A stretch of 59,738 nt of DNA from Pseudomonadota bacterium (GTDB lineage: Bacteria > Pseudomonadota > Gammaproteobacteria > Burkholderiales > Burkholderiaceae_C). Where the stretch lies: NCBI GenBank assembly GCA_039795515.1, contig JBDKLR010000035.1, positions 1-59,738 on the forward strand. The letters run 5' to 3'. Position 1 is the first letter of the stretch. The number at the start of each line of letters is the position of its first letter. A model generated the notes under the pieces. It searched no databases and was not told the DNA's origin. It saw only the letters and a list, made by a program, of their open reading frames with translations. A program made the position numbers and the translations under genes. Shown in pieces: positions 43,596 to 53,636 of this stretch.

Positions 43596-44297
43596 TCAGG
43601 GCTGCAGTTCGATTTGCGCCTGCATGCCCAAGCGCACCGTGGTTTTGCCGCTTTCATGTGGAATCGGGATGGGCGCGGCATCCGCCATGGGGCTTTTGGC
43701 CATCAGGGCCATGGGCTGGGGGTCGGTCACATCTGGCGTCGGCGAAAACACGAGCGACTGGATGCGGTAGTTGGCAAAACCAAAAGCCTGTGCGATCTGG
43801 CTGGCCTTGTTTTTGAAGTTGAGCGCCAGTTCTTGCACCAGGTTTTTTTCGGTTTGCTGTCGCAGGGGGTCGGAGAGGCGAAATTGCACGCTTTGAATGC
43901 GCATCACACGGGTCAGCTCGGAGGTCAACTGGGCCAGCGCCGCGGTGTTGGTGGACAACAAAACCAGTTCGGCCTGCGCGCGCCATGGGGTGGTCTTGCC
44001 TTTGGGGTCCCAAATGGGTGATGTGTGAACCTGGCCGATTTGCAGCATCACGCCTGGGACTTGGCGCGCTTGTGCCACGGCTGTTTGCAGCTGAGCCAAC
44101 ACGCTTTGGGTGATGTCGTGGGAGTTGCGGCCCTCGCGCGACACCACCATGCTGACCAACAGTTCGTCGTTGTCCACGGTGGCGCTGGCTTGCGCGTCGA
44201 GTTGGGCTTTGGCCGGGGTGTCGGGGATGGGCTTGGTTTGGGCCAGGGCCACGGTGGCTTGGCAGACCAGCAGCCAGGCCAGCAAAATTGTTTTCAT
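43596..44297 (-). CDS. SIMPL (DUF541) domain periplasmic protein
   Basis: Signal peptide (ALA), DELLVSM, FKNKASQIAQAFG, ESGKTTV pattern. Confidence 0.75.
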   Translation of the reverse strand: MKTILLAWLLVCQATVALAQTKPIPDTPAKAQLDAQASATVDNDELLVSMVVSREGRNSHDITQSVLAQLQTAVAQARQVPGVMLQIGQVHTSPIWDPKGKTTPWRAQAELVLLSTNTAALAQLTSELTRVMRIQSVQFRLSDPLRQQTEKNLVQELALNFKNKASQIAQAFGFANYRIQSLVFSPTPDVTDPQPMALMAKSPMADAAPIPIPHESGKTTVRLGMQAQIELQP

Positions 44298-44482
44298 GTC
44301 AGGTGTCTCGTGTTGAAAAGAACACTTAACGTGCCAGCATGAAACTCGGTGAGCCCAGCGCCACAACTTGAACAAAGGCTCGCATTTGCATGTTGTCCTC
44401 GCGCGCGCCAAGGGGTTGTGGGCCGGGGTGTCCTGCTTGGCCTGTGGCCTGAGACAATGCGCCGCTAAAGAGGAATCACCAG

Positions 44483-45040
44483 ATGGGCAACCGACTCACA
44501 CAAATCGCCACCCGCACCGGCGACGATGGCACCACCGGCTTGGGCGACAACCGCCGTGTCAGCAAAAACAGTTTGCGCGTGCACGCCATGGGCGAGGTGG
44601 ACGAGCTCAACTCCCACATCGGCGTGTTGCTCTGCGAGGACATGCCCAACGACGTGCGCGAGCTGCTGGTGGAGGTGCAACACCAGTTGTTCAATTTGGG
44701 CGGTGAACTCAGCATCCCTGGTTTTGAGTTGCTCAAGGCCGAGGCGGTGCTGGCCTTGGACCATGCTTTGGCCGATCACAACGAGGCACTGCCCAAGTTG
44801 CAAGAATTCATCTTGCCGGCGGGCACGCGTGGCGCGTCATTGGCCCATGTGTGTCGCACCGTGGCGCGTCGCGCCGAGCGCGCCGTGGTGGCTTTGGGTG
44901 CGGAAGAAGCCTTGAACGACACGCCTCGCCAATACCTCAACCGCTTGTCCGACCTGATGTTTGTGCTCGCGCGCGTGCTCAATCGCATGAATGGCGGCGA
45001 TGACGTGTATTGGAAAAGCCAGCGCATGAGCGCTGGTTGA
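44483..45040 (+). CDS. ATP:cob(I)alamin adenosyltransferase, PduO type
   Basis: TRTGDDGTT, GEVDELNS, FILP, RRAER, YLNRLSD. Confidence 0.93.
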   Translation: MGNRLTQIATRTGDDGTTGLGDNRRVSKNSLRVHAMGEVDELNSHIGVLLCEDMPNDVRELLVEVQHQLFNLGGELSIPGFELLKAEAVLALDHALADHNEALPKLQEFILPAGTRGASLAHVCRTVARRAERAVVALGAEEALNDTPRQYLNRLSDLMFVLARVLNRMNGGDDVYWKSQRMSAG

Positions 45041-45090
45041 AACAGACGCCAGCGCATGAGCGCTGGTTGAACAAGACCCCAGCGCTGGCC
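45018..45090. repeat. Tandem palindromic repeat, 30-bp period
   Basis: GCCAGCGCATGAGCGCTGGTTGAA at 45018 and 45048, then a collapsed CCAGCGCTGG at 45079. Confidence 0.9.
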
Positions 45091-45411
45091 TTATTTCTTC
45101 ATGCCCAATATCCAATCCACCAGCATGTTGATTTCTGCTTGGCTCAGGTTCAAGAAGGCGGGCATGATGCTGCGGCCACCGCCAGCCCAAACGCCTTTGC
45201 CACCGTTGCGGATTTTGTCAGCCAGGTAGGATTTGGCCTCAGGGTCGCCGTGGTATTTCTCGGCGATCTTTTCGTATGAAGGCACCGACATGGTGTGCTG
45301 ATCGATGCTGTGGCAACCCAGACAGGCTTTCTCTTTGGCCAAACTCGCGGCATCTTGTTGGGCCATGGCCCACAACGGCAAGCAGCACAACAACAGAGCG
45401 ATACGTTTCAT
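45091..45411 (-). CDS. Class I c-type cytochrome (c551/c552-like)
   Basis: Signal peptide (AMA), CLGCH, GGKGVW...MP. Confidence 0.92.
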   Translation of the reverse strand: MKRIALLLCCLPLWAMAQQDAASLAKEKACLGCHSIDQHTMSVPSYEKIAEKYHGDPEAKSYLADKIRNGGKGVWAGGGRSIMPAFLNLSQAEINMLVDWILGMKK

Positions 45412-45481
45412 GAACAGGTCCCGAGAAAATGACAAATTCTAGGGAGCGATCAATGCCATGGCATGCGCAAGGGTCTTGCGT

Positions 45482-46054
45482 TCAGGGGTTGGTGCCCAGC
45501 AAACGCAGGCGAAATGCCGGGTCCGAGGTGCGCGCAGACAGCCAGATGCCAAAAAACAATTGGGCAAATTCAGCATCGGCAATCTCGCCCCGAGGTTGTC
45601 CGTTGTGCCAAAACACCGCGGCCTCACCGGGTCGCTGCAAGCCCAGCAAGCGGTCGCCTTTGCGCACTTTCGGGAAGACGCGCAGCATTTGCGCCATCCA
45701 AGCCTGTTCTTGGGCGGGGCTCACGGTGGCGATGCGGCGCATCTCCTGGATTGAGCGTTGCGCAATGTCTTTGGCCTCGAAGTTGCGCAAGTAATGAAGT
45801 TCCAAGGCCAGCACGTGTTCGTGTGCGGCTTGGGCTTGGAACGTTGGCATGGTCCACAAGGTGGCGTCGTACACGTCAAAGCCAAAGTAAGTGAAACGCG
45901 CCGTGCTGCGCCACGCCAAATCCGGGGTCGCCAACTCGGCCGGCACCGGCTGCGGCGCGGGTTTCTGTGCAACCGACACAGACGGCCATGTCAGGTGGAC
46001 CATCAGCAGGCCCAGCGCCACGCATCGGGTGAGGGCGTACAGGGCTTGGCGCAT
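45482..46054 (-). CDS. Chalcone-isomerase-like family protein
   Basis: FGFDVYDATLW, LELHYLR, FPKVRKGD, FFGIWL, LRLLG. Confidence 0.78.
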   Translation of the reverse strand: MRQALYALTRCVALGLLMVHLTWPSVSVAQKPAPQPVPAELATPDLAWRSTARFTYFGFDVYDATLWTMPTFQAQAAHEHVLALELHYLRNFEAKDIAQRSIQEMRRIATVSPAQEQAWMAQMLRVFPKVRKGDRLLGLQRPGEAAVFWHNGQPRGEIADAEFAQLFFGIWLSARTSDPAFRLRLLGTNP

Positions 46055-46056
46055 CG

Positions 46057-46482
46057 TCAACGGGGTGACAACACCGACATGGTGATGCGCGAGATGCAAC
46101 TCAAACGGCCTTGGTCGTCAAACATCTCAATGCCCCAGACCTGGGTGCTGCGTCCGATGTGAATGGGTCGGGTGATGCCGTTGACCCAACCCTCGGCCAC
46201 GCCGCGGATGTGGTTGGCGTTGATGTCCAAACCCACTGCGCGGTGATCGGGCGGGCACGAGTAGAAAGCGCCGCATGAGCCCAATGTTTCGGCCAACACC
46301 ACGCTGGCACCGCCGTGGATCACACCATAGGGCTGGCGTGTGCGTTTGTCCACCGGCATGCGGCCACGGATGAAATCGGGGCCAACTTCGAGGAACTCCA
46401 TGCCCAAGCTTTCGCCGGCGGTGTTGTAGTGGCTCTCGGTGAGCAATTCAATGCTGATCGGTTTGGTCCAAATGGCGGCCAT
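46057..46482 (-). CDS. Hotdog-fold thioesterase (PaaI/MenI-like)
   Basis: QPYGVIHGGASVVLAETLGS, GLDINANH. Confidence 0.92.
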   Translation of the reverse strand: MAAIWTKPISIELLTESHYNTAGESLGMEFLEVGPDFIRGRMPVDKRTRQPYGVIHGGASVVLAETLGSCGAFYSCPPDHRAVGLDINANHIRGVAEGWVNGITRPIHIGRSTQVWGIEMFDDQGRLSCISRITMSVLSPR

Positions 46483-46567
46483 GGGCAGAAACAGTTGATA
46501 GACAAAACTGCATCTTAGGGGCAATGCCCAGTCGCGGCACCGGGGAAGACTGATAACCTCTGACGCC

Positions 46568-48649
46568 ATGAACGCTTCCCACACCCCAGCGCCTTTTGTG
46601 CCGCAAATGCGCCTGTACCAGCAATGGCTGGCCGAGCACCGTCAACTGCATTTCGACGATTACCCCGCCATGTGGCAATGGTCGGTGACGCATCTCGAGG
46701 ATTTTTGGCAATCGGTGTGGGACTACCTGGATTTGCAATCGCCCACCCCGCACAGCGTGGTGCTCGAGCGCAACGTCATGCCAGGTGCGCGTTGGTTTGT
46801 CGGTGCCCAAGTGAACTACGCCCACCAGGTGCTGCGGCATGTGGACGCCGCCCATGCGGCGGGCATGCCGGCCATCATCAGCAACAACGAACGCGGGCAA
46901 CGGCGCGAATTGTCTTGGCCCGAATTGAAGCGACAAGTGGGCGCGATGGCGCTGCATTTGCAAGCACAGGGCGTGCAACCCGGTGACCGGGTGGCGGCTT
47001 ACCTGCCCAATATTCCCGAAACCATGGTGGCGTTTTTGGCGGTCACCAGCATCGGTGGCATTTGGAGTGTGTGTGCGCCCGACATGGGCACCAACGCGGT
47101 GGTCGATCGTTTCAAGCAAATCACCCCCAAGGTGTTGATCGGTGTCGATGGCGTCACCTACGGCGGCAAAGACCTGGCGCGCTTGGGCGTGGTGAGCGAG
47201 TTGCGTGCGGCCTTGCCCAGCGTCGAGCATGTGGTGGTCTATCAAAACCTGGGTGGCATGGCGCCCCTGCCGGACAGCGCCGATTGGTCGCAGGTGGTGC
47301 AGCGCGACGACGCCCCAGTGCAGGCCTTCACCCCGCAGTGGTTGCCGTTCAACCACCCGTTGTGGATTGTGTATTCGAGTGGCACCACCGGCCTGCCCAA
47401 ACCGCTGGTGCACGACCATGGCGGCACCTTGGTCAACGGCATGGCGCACAAAAACCTGCATTACGACGTGGCCTGCAGCTACGAGCCCAATTCCTGGGGC
47501 GAGCGCTTCATTTGGTACAGCTCCACGGGTTGGGTGATGTGGAACGCGCAGCTGAGTGGTTTGCTCAGCGGCACCACCTGCGTGATTTACGACGGCAACC
47601 CTGGCGGCTCGAAAGAGCGGCCCGATTGGGGCGTGTTGTGGCGTTATGCCGCGCAAGAAAAAGTCACCTTCTTTGGCGGCGGCGCGGCTTTTTTCAGCAA
47701 CTGCATGAAAGCCGGTTTAGAACTCAAAACCATCGCGGGTTTGCACACCATCCGCGCCTTGGGGGCGACCGGCTCGCCCTTGAGCGCCGAGGTGCAGCAA
47801 TGGGGCACCGCCCAGTTCAACGCGGTCTACCAAGCGGCGGGTGTTGAGCGTCCCGAGATATGGTGGTGCAATATTTCAGGCGGCACCGATGCGGGTGCCT
47901 ATGTCGGCGGTTTGCGCGACCTGCCCATGGTGCCGGGCGAGATGCAATGCCGCATGCTGGGTGTGTCGGTGCATGCGTTCAATGAGCAAGGTCAACCGGT
48001 GATCGACGAAGTGGGTGAGTTGGTCGTGACCCAACCGCTGCCCTGCATGCCGCCCTTCTTTTGGGGCGACACCGACAACCAGCGCTACCTGGGCAGTTAT
48101 TTCGACACCTTCCCAGCGGGCTTGGGCCGCCGACCCGGTGGGGGCGATTTGCCAGCCGATGCCGGCGCGGTCTGGCGACACGGCGACTGGCTCAAGATCA
48201 CGCCCGAGGGGCGCGCCATCATTTATGGCCGCAGCGACGCCACCATCAACCGCCACGGTTTGCGCATGGGCACCAGCGAGTTGTACAGCGCGGTGGAAGC
48301 CCTGCCCGAGGTGCTGGACAGCATGGTGGTGGATTTGGAGTACCTCGGCAAAGACAGCTACATGCCGCTGTTTGTGGTGTTGCGCGAAGGCGTGGCGCTG
48401 GACGCGGTGTTGCGAGACCGTTTGAACGCCGCGATTCGCACCGCACTCAGTCCGCGCTTTGTGCCGGACGACATTTACCAAGTGGCTGAAATCCCGCGCA
48501 CCTTGTCGGGCAAAAAGCAGGAGTTGCCAATCAAAAAACTCATGCTTGGTCAGCCCTTGGAGAAGGTGTTGAACAAAGACGCCATGGCCAATCCGGGTTG
48601 TCTCGATTGGTATGTGGCCTTGGCGAAGCGACATTTGGCGGCGGCTTAG
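46568..48649 (+). CDS. Acetoacetate-CoA ligase
   Basis: YSSGTTGLPK, TGWVMWN, ISGGTD, WRHGD, GRSDATINRHGLRMG, SGKKQELP. Confidence 0.9.
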   Translation: MNASHTPAPFVPQMRLYQQWLAEHRQLHFDDYPAMWQWSVTHLEDFWQSVWDYLDLQSPTPHSVVLERNVMPGARWFVGAQVNYAHQVLRHVDAAHAAGMPAIISNNERGQRRELSWPELKRQVGAMALHLQAQGVQPGDRVAAYLPNIPETMVAFLAVTSIGGIWSVCAPDMGTNAVVDRFKQITPKVLIGVDGVTYGGKDLARLGVVSELRAALPSVEHVVVYQNLGGMAPLPDSADWSQVVQRDDAPVQAFTPQWLPFNHPLWIVYSSGTTGLPKPLVHDHGGTLVNGMAHKNLHYDVACSYEPNSWGERFIWYSSTGWVMWNAQLSGLLSGTTCVIYDGNPGGSKERPDWGVLWRYAAQEKVTFFGGGAAFFSNCMKAGLELKTIAGLHTIRALGATGSPLSAEVQQWGTAQFNAVYQAAGVERPEIWWCNISGGTDAGAYVGGLRDLPMVPGEMQCRMLGVSVHAFNEQGQPVIDEVGELVVTQPLPCMPPFFWGDTDNQRYLGSYFDTFPAGLGRRPGGGDLPADAGAVWRHGDWLKITPEGRAIIYGRSDATINRHGLRMGTSELYSAVEALPEVLDSMVVDLEYLGKDSYMPLFVVLREGVALDAVLRDRLNAAIRTALSPRFVPDDIYQVAEIPRTLSGKKQELPIKKLMLGQPLEKVLNKDAMANPGCLDWYVALAKRHLAAA

Positions 48650-48822
48650 TCTTTCAGGCCTGCCTCTTGAGTTTTGCCCGGCGCAGTGGGCTCGTCCGCC
48701 GCTCACCGCAGCAAAGCTGCGACGTTCGCTACGTGGTCAAGCCCACTGCGCCGGGCTGAACATGAGCTTGTCGCGCGAGGGCGCTGGGGCAGCTTGAAGC
48801 TGATTTTCGAAATCAAGCAACA
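48650..48822 (+). repeat. Dispersed structured element, copy 2
   Basis: Same 34-nt core and 13-nt end block as copy 1. The core is enclosed by a perfect 17-bp inverted repeat, 48676-48692 / 48740-48756. Confidence 0.85.
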
Positions 48823-48826
48823 AATC

Positions 48827-50407
48827 TCAGGACTCAAGCGCCTTGGCCATGGTCTTGCCCAACTCCACACCCCATTGGTCAAACGCGTTGATGCCCCACA
48901 TCGCGGCTTGGCAAAACACCTTGTGTTCGTAAAGCGCGATCAGGGCGCCCAAGCTGTGCGGCGTGAGTTGCTCCATCCACAGCACCGTGCTCGGCACATT
49001 GCCGGCAAAGCTGCGGTGCGGTGCGAGGGCTTGTGCCTCGGCCTCGCTCAAGCCGCTGTCGCGCAACATGTTTGCGGTGTCGGAGACATCACGTCCCAGT
49101 GCCAGCGCTTGGGTTTGCGCTTGCAAATTGAGCAGCACCACGCGCTGGTGTTCAGCCGCCAGTGGCAGTGCGGCATGGCCTTGGCGCACACCGATGAAAT
49201 CGATGGGCACCAGATGTTGGCCTTGGTGCAGCAATTGGAAATACGCGTGCTGGCCATCGATGCCCAAACCACCCCACAGCACTGGCGAGGTGCCCACGCT
49301 GGCCATGTGGCCGTCGATGTGCACCCGCTTGCCGTTGGACTCCATGTCCATCTGTTGCAAGAAGGGCACCAAACGACCCAAGGCCGAGGCATAGGGCGCG
49401 ACATGGTGGGTCTGTGCGCCCAAGAAGTTGCGGTTCCACACGCCCCACAGCGCCATCAGCAAGGGCAGGTTGCGCGCGGCTGGGGTGTTGGCAAAGTGCT
49501 GGTCCATGGCCTGACCACCGGCCAACAGTTCCAAAAAAGCGGTTTTGCCTATGGCGATGGCCAATGGCAATCCAATCGCCGACCAGACCGAGTAACGGCC
49601 ACCGACCCAGTCCCAAAACAAAAAACAGTGCGCGGGCAAATACCCCGCCGCTTGCGCCAAAGCGGGCTTGGCGGTGACCGCGACGAGTTGATGGGCCAGC
49701 AAGGCCTCGCTGCAACCGCCGTCTTGCAACCAGCGCCGGGCCGATGCCGCCAAGGTCAGGGTTTCTTGGGTGGTGAAGGTTTTGCTCTGCACGATGAACA
49801 GGGTGCGAGCTGGATGCAGAGGCGCCAAGGTGGTGGCCAAGCTCCAGGGGTCGACATTCGACACATAGTGCACCCGCACGGGCGGCGGTGTCAGACGGGG
49901 CGACAACTGGCTCAGCGCTTCGCTGGCCATGCGCGGCCCCAGGTCCGAGCCGCCAATGCCCAGGTTGACCACGTCTGTGATCGTGTCGCCCAGAAAGCCT
50001 TTCAAGCCACCAGCGCGCAGCTGCTCGGCAAAGTCGGTGAAGCGCTGCAGCTCGTGCGCCACCTCGGCGGCGATGGCCTGGCCCCAAGGGGTATTCGGAG
50101 CATGGCCACGCAAGGCCACGTGCAACACCGGGCGTTGTTCGGTGGTGTTGATCGGCTCACCTCGGAACATCGCCTGTGCTTGGGCCAGCACATCGCTTTC
50201 TTCGGCGAGTTGCAACAGGGCTTGCATGATGGCCGGGGTCACGCGTTGGCGCGACGCGTCGGCTTGCAGGCCGGCGGCTTCAAATTGCAAGCGCTGGTTG
50301 CGCGCGGGGTCTTGCAACAGGTCGCGCAAATGCGCCTGTGGACCATCGGCCAAGGCTTGCAGACGCTGCCAAGCGGGACGTTGTTCGGGGCGGGTGAAAT
50401 GGGTCAT
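48827..50407 (-). CDS. pgi: Glucose-6-phosphate isomerase
   Basis: GIGGSDLGP, SKTFTTQET, WVGGRYS, MESNGK, FDQWGVELGK. Confidence 0.96.
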   Translation of the reverse strand: MTHFTRPEQRPAWQRLQALADGPQAHLRDLLQDPARNQRLQFEAAGLQADASRQRVTPAIMQALLQLAEESDVLAQAQAMFRGEPINTTEQRPVLHVALRGHAPNTPWGQAIAAEVAHELQRFTDFAEQLRAGGLKGFLGDTITDVVNLGIGGSDLGPRMASEALSQLSPRLTPPPVRVHYVSNVDPWSLATTLAPLHPARTLFIVQSKTFTTQETLTLAASARRWLQDGGCSEALLAHQLVAVTAKPALAQAAGYLPAHCFLFWDWVGGRYSVWSAIGLPLAIAIGKTAFLELLAGGQAMDQHFANTPAARNLPLLMALWGVWNRNFLGAQTHHVAPYASALGRLVPFLQQMDMESNGKRVHIDGHMASVGTSPVLWGGLGIDGQHAYFQLLHQGQHLVPIDFIGVRQGHAALPLAAEHQRVVLLNLQAQTQALALGRDVSDTANMLRDSGLSEAEAQALAPHRSFAGNVPSTVLWMEQLTPHSLGALIALYEHKVFCQAAMWGINAFDQWGVELGKTMAKALES

Positions 50408-50443
50408 GGACAGCAGATTGTGAACGGTTCAAGCAGCGTTGCG

Positions 50444-51094
50444 TCAAGCCTTGGGCACGCGCGCCAAAGCCTCTTGCGCCAAGCGGGTGATGCGCGCCCA
50501 ATCGCCTTGCGCCACGGCATCGGCGGGGGTGAGCCAAGAGCCGCCCACCATGGCCACATTGGGCAGCGTCAGCAACTCGGCCATGTTGTCGGGGGTCACG
50601 CCTCCGGTGGGGCAAAACTGCACATCGCCCAAGGGGCCACTCAAGGCTTTCAACATGCCCAGGCCGCCCGCTTGTGCGGCGGGAAACAGTTTCATGAGCG
50701 CAAAGCCGTAGTCGCGTGCGCGCATGACTTCCGACGGGGTCATGACACCGGGCATGAAAGGCATCTGGCAATCGATGGCGGCTTGCACCAGCGCATCGCT
50801 CAAGCCGGGTGACAAGGCAAAGCGCGCACCCGCGTTTTTCACCTGCTGCATCTCAGCGGCGCGGGTGACCGTGCCGGCACCCACCTGCATCTCAGGGACG
50901 TGCTTGGCGACCGCTTCGATGGCGGCCAAACCGGCGCTGTGGCGCAGCGTGATTTCCATGACGTCGATGCCACCAGCCAACAGCGCATGCGCCATGGGCA
51001 CGGCCTGGTCGACATGGCTGATGACGATGACGGGCACCACGCGCGAATGAAACCTGGGGCGTTGGAACGTGGGGTGGTCGGTGTGCAGGTTCAA
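50444..51094 (-). CDS. eda: KDPG/KHG aldolase
   Basis: EITLR, GAGTV, GVMTPSE, KLFPA, FCPTGG. TTG start overlapping the edd stop is inferred. Confidence 0.94.
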   Translation of the reverse strand: MNLHTDHPTFQRPRFHSRVVPVIVISHVDQAVPMAHALLAGGIDVMEITLRHSAGLAAIEAVAKHVPEMQVGAGTVTRAAEMQQVKNAGARFALSPGLSDALVQAAIDCQMPFMPGVMTPSEVMRARDYGFALMKLFPAAQAGGLGMLKALSGPLGDVQFCPTGGVTPDNMAELLTLPNVAMVGGSWLTPADAVAQGDWARITRLAQEALARVPKA

Positions 51095-52917
51095 AGCGCG
51101 GTCTTTCCATCGGGCATCTGGGACAACAGGGGTGACGCGCCTTCTTCGGCCAGGGCCGCGTGTTGGCGGAACAAAGCGAACAGGCCACGACCGCTGCCCC
51201 AAGCGGTGTCGACAGGACGTTGCAGAGCGGGGCGGGCGCGCAATGCATCCTCGCCGATCTCCAGGGTCAGTGTTTGTGCGTCGCAGTCGAGGGTGATCAT
51301 GTCGCCGTTTTGAACCAAACCAATGACGCCGCCATTCACCGCCTCGGGCGACACATGGATGGCGGCCGGGACTTTGCCGGACGCGCCTGACATGCGGCCA
51401 TCGGTGACCAGCGCCACCTGGAAACCTTGGTCTTGCAACACACCGAGCATGGGTGTGAGTTTGTGCAACTCGGGCATGCCGTTGGCTTGCGGGCCTTGGC
51501 AGCGCACCACGGCGACAAAGTCTTTCTGCAACTGCCCGTCTTTGAACAGTTGTTGCAAGGCTTGTTGGCTGTCGACCACCACCGCGGGTGCACGCACCAC
51601 GCGGTGCGCGGGTTTCACCGCCGACACTTTCACCACCGCGCGGCCCAGATTGCCTTGCAGCAAGCGCAGGCCGCCATCGGGGCTGAACGGGTTTGGGAAG
51701 GGGCGCAGCACCGAGTCATCGGCCGACGTGCGGGGCACGGGTCGCCAGGCCAATCGACCGTGGTCCAGCCAAGGTTCTTTGGTGTAATGCTGCAAGCCAG
51801 GCCCCATGACGGTGTGCACATCGGCGTGTAGCAAGCCGGCTTGCAACAACTGGGCGATCAGAAAACCCATGCCGCCTGCGGCGTGGAAATGGTTGACGTC
51901 CGCCGAACCATTGGGATAGACCCGAGCCAGCAACGGCACCACCGCTGACAAATCGGAAAAGTCGTCCCAGTTGATCAGGATGCCAGCGGACCGCGCCATG
52001 GCCACCAAATGCAAGGTGTGGTTGGTCGAACCACCCGTGGCCAACAAACCGACCAGGCCATTCACCACCACGCGCGCGTCCACCTGATGGCCCATGCCCA
52101 CCGGGCCTTGCGACAAGGCCACCGCGCGTTGCACACCGGCTTCGAGCAGCGCGTGCCGCAGCGGGGTGTTCGGGTTGACAAAGCTGGATCCCGGCAACTG
52201 CAAGCCCATGATCTCCAGCAGCATTTGGTTGGAGTTGGCCGTACCGTAAAAAGTGCAGGTGCCGGGGCCGTGGTAGGCCGCTTGCTCGGCTTCAAGCAAG
52301 GTGGCGCGGTCGACCAGGCCTTGCGCGTATTGCTGGCGCACCTTGGATTTGTCGTCGTTGGACAAGCCGCTGGTCATCGGGCCCGCAGGCAAAAACACCG
52401 CGGGCAAATGGCCAAATTGCAATGCACCCATGAACAGCCCCGGCACGATCTTGTCGCACACGCCCAGCAACAGCGTCGCGTCAAACACGTTGTGCGACAG
52501 GCCCACAGCGGTGGCCATGGCGATCACATCGCGCGAGAACAAAGACAGCTCCATGCCGTCTTCGCCCTGCGTCACGCCATCGCACATGGCCGGCACGCCA
52601 GACGCCACTTGCGCGGTGGCCCCGGCAGCACGTGCGGCGCTGCGGATGGCTTCAGGGTACTGCTCGTAAGGCTGGTGTGCCGACAGCATGTCGTTGTAGG
52701 CGCTGACGATGCCCAGGTGCGGTTGGCGCTCTTGCCGCAGCACCAGTTTGTCGTTGGCTGGCATGGCGGCATAGGCATGGGCGGCGTTGGCGCAACCCAG
52801 TCCTTCACGGTAGGGGCCGGGCTTGCGGGCTTGCGCCAGATGCGCCAAATACGCCGCGCGGCTGTGGGCGCTGCGCGCTTCAATCCGTGCGGTGACCGCG
52901 GCCAAGGTGCTGTTCAT
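51091..52917 (-). CDS. edd: 6-phosphogluconate dehydratase
   Basis: [51 protein letters not shown]. Confidence 0.97.
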   Translation of the reverse strand: MNSTLAAVTARIEARSAHSRAAYLAHLAQARKPGPYREGLGCANAAHAYAAMPANDKLVLRQERQPHLGIVSAYNDMLSAHQPYEQYPEAIRSAARAAGATAQVASGVPAMCDGVTQGEDGMELSLFSRDVIAMATAVGLSHNVFDATLLLGVCDKIVPGLFMGALQFGHLPAVFLPAGPMTSGLSNDDKSKVRQQYAQGLVDRATLLEAEQAAYHGPGTCTFYGTANSNQMLLEIMGLQLPGSSFVNPNTPLRHALLEAGVQRAVALSQGPVGMGHQVDARVVVNGLVGLLATGGSTNHTLHLVAMARSAGILINWDDFSDLSAVVPLLARVYPNGSADVNHFHAAGGMGFLIAQLLQAGLLHADVHTVMGPGLQHYTKEPWLDHGRLAWRPVPRTSADDSVLRPFPNPFSPDGGLRLLQGNLGRAVVKVSAVKPAHRVVRAPAVVVDSQQALQQLFKDGQLQKDFVAVVRCQGPQANGMPELHKLTPMLGVLQDQGFQVALVTDGRMSGASGKVPAAIHVSPEAVNGGVIGLVQNGDMITLDCDAQTLTLEIGEDALRARPALQRPVDTAWGSGRGLFALFRQHAALAEEGASPLLSQMPDGKTAL

Positions 52918-53636
52918 GGGGAGTCCTTTGCAATGTCACGCCAGAGGGCCACCGGGCAACGGCTTTGGTGCAGCACATGCGAGACGGGCAGCGCCAGGCT
53001 GGGCGCCAGCAAAGCGCGGTCCAGCACCGGTTGTTTGTCAGCCCCTGTCACCGGCAGCACGATGTGGCGTGCGGTCAGCAACATGCTGAGGTTTTGCGAC
53101 ACCCGCGCAAAGGGTGCGTTGGCTGGCGGATGCACCAGTTCGATGGCCACACAGGCCGGGGATTGCGTCGGGTCGAGCGCGTTCGGCAGGTTGATCGCTT
53201 CGGGAAACAAGGACGCGGTGTGTCCGTCTGTGCCCATGCCCAGCACCAGCACATCGGCCGCGCCCAGTTGGCGCATGGTGAAGGTGGCATGCCGGGCATA
53301 CACCGGCGGTGTGGCCAGATCGCCATCGGCGATCAGCGGCACCCAACGTGCGGCGGCGGCCAGGTCTTGGAGCAAATGCTGGCGCACCAAACCCGCATTG
53401 CTGGCCGGGTGGTCGCTGGGCACACAGCGTTCGTCCACCAAGGCGATGCTGATCTGCGACCAGGGCAGTGGCTGCACCCGCAAAGCCTGGAAAAGGGGGA
53501 TGGGCGATTGGCCACCAGACACACACAAGACCGCTTGCCCACGCGCTTGCACGGCGGCTTGCAAACGCGTCGCGATGTCGTGCGTCAAGGCCTCCACCGA
53601 ATAGGTGTGGCTGCTGAGCTGTGGCATCTGTGGCAT
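52914..53636 (-). CDS. pgl: 6-phosphogluconolactonase
   Basis: [27 protein letters not shown]. Confidence 0.94.
   Translation of the reverse strand: MPQMPQLSSHTYSVEALTHDIATRLQAAVQARGQAVLCVSGGQSPIPLFQALRVQPLPWSQISIALVDERCVPSDHPASNAGLVRQHLLQDLAAAARWVPLIADGDLATPPVYARHATFTMRQLGAADVLVLGMGTDGHTASLFPEAINLPNALDPTQSPACVAIELVHPPANAPFARVSQNLSMLLTARHIVLPVTGADKQPVLDRALLAPSLALPVSHVLHQSRCPVALWRDIAKDSP

Noticed and set aside
44321-44336. Sigma54 promoter for the SIMPL gene
   Set aside because: TGGCACG is perfect but the -12 dinucleotide is GT rather than GC.
45018-45090. Mini CRISPR array
   Set aside because: Linkers are only 6 nt and nearly identical, and there are no cas genes.
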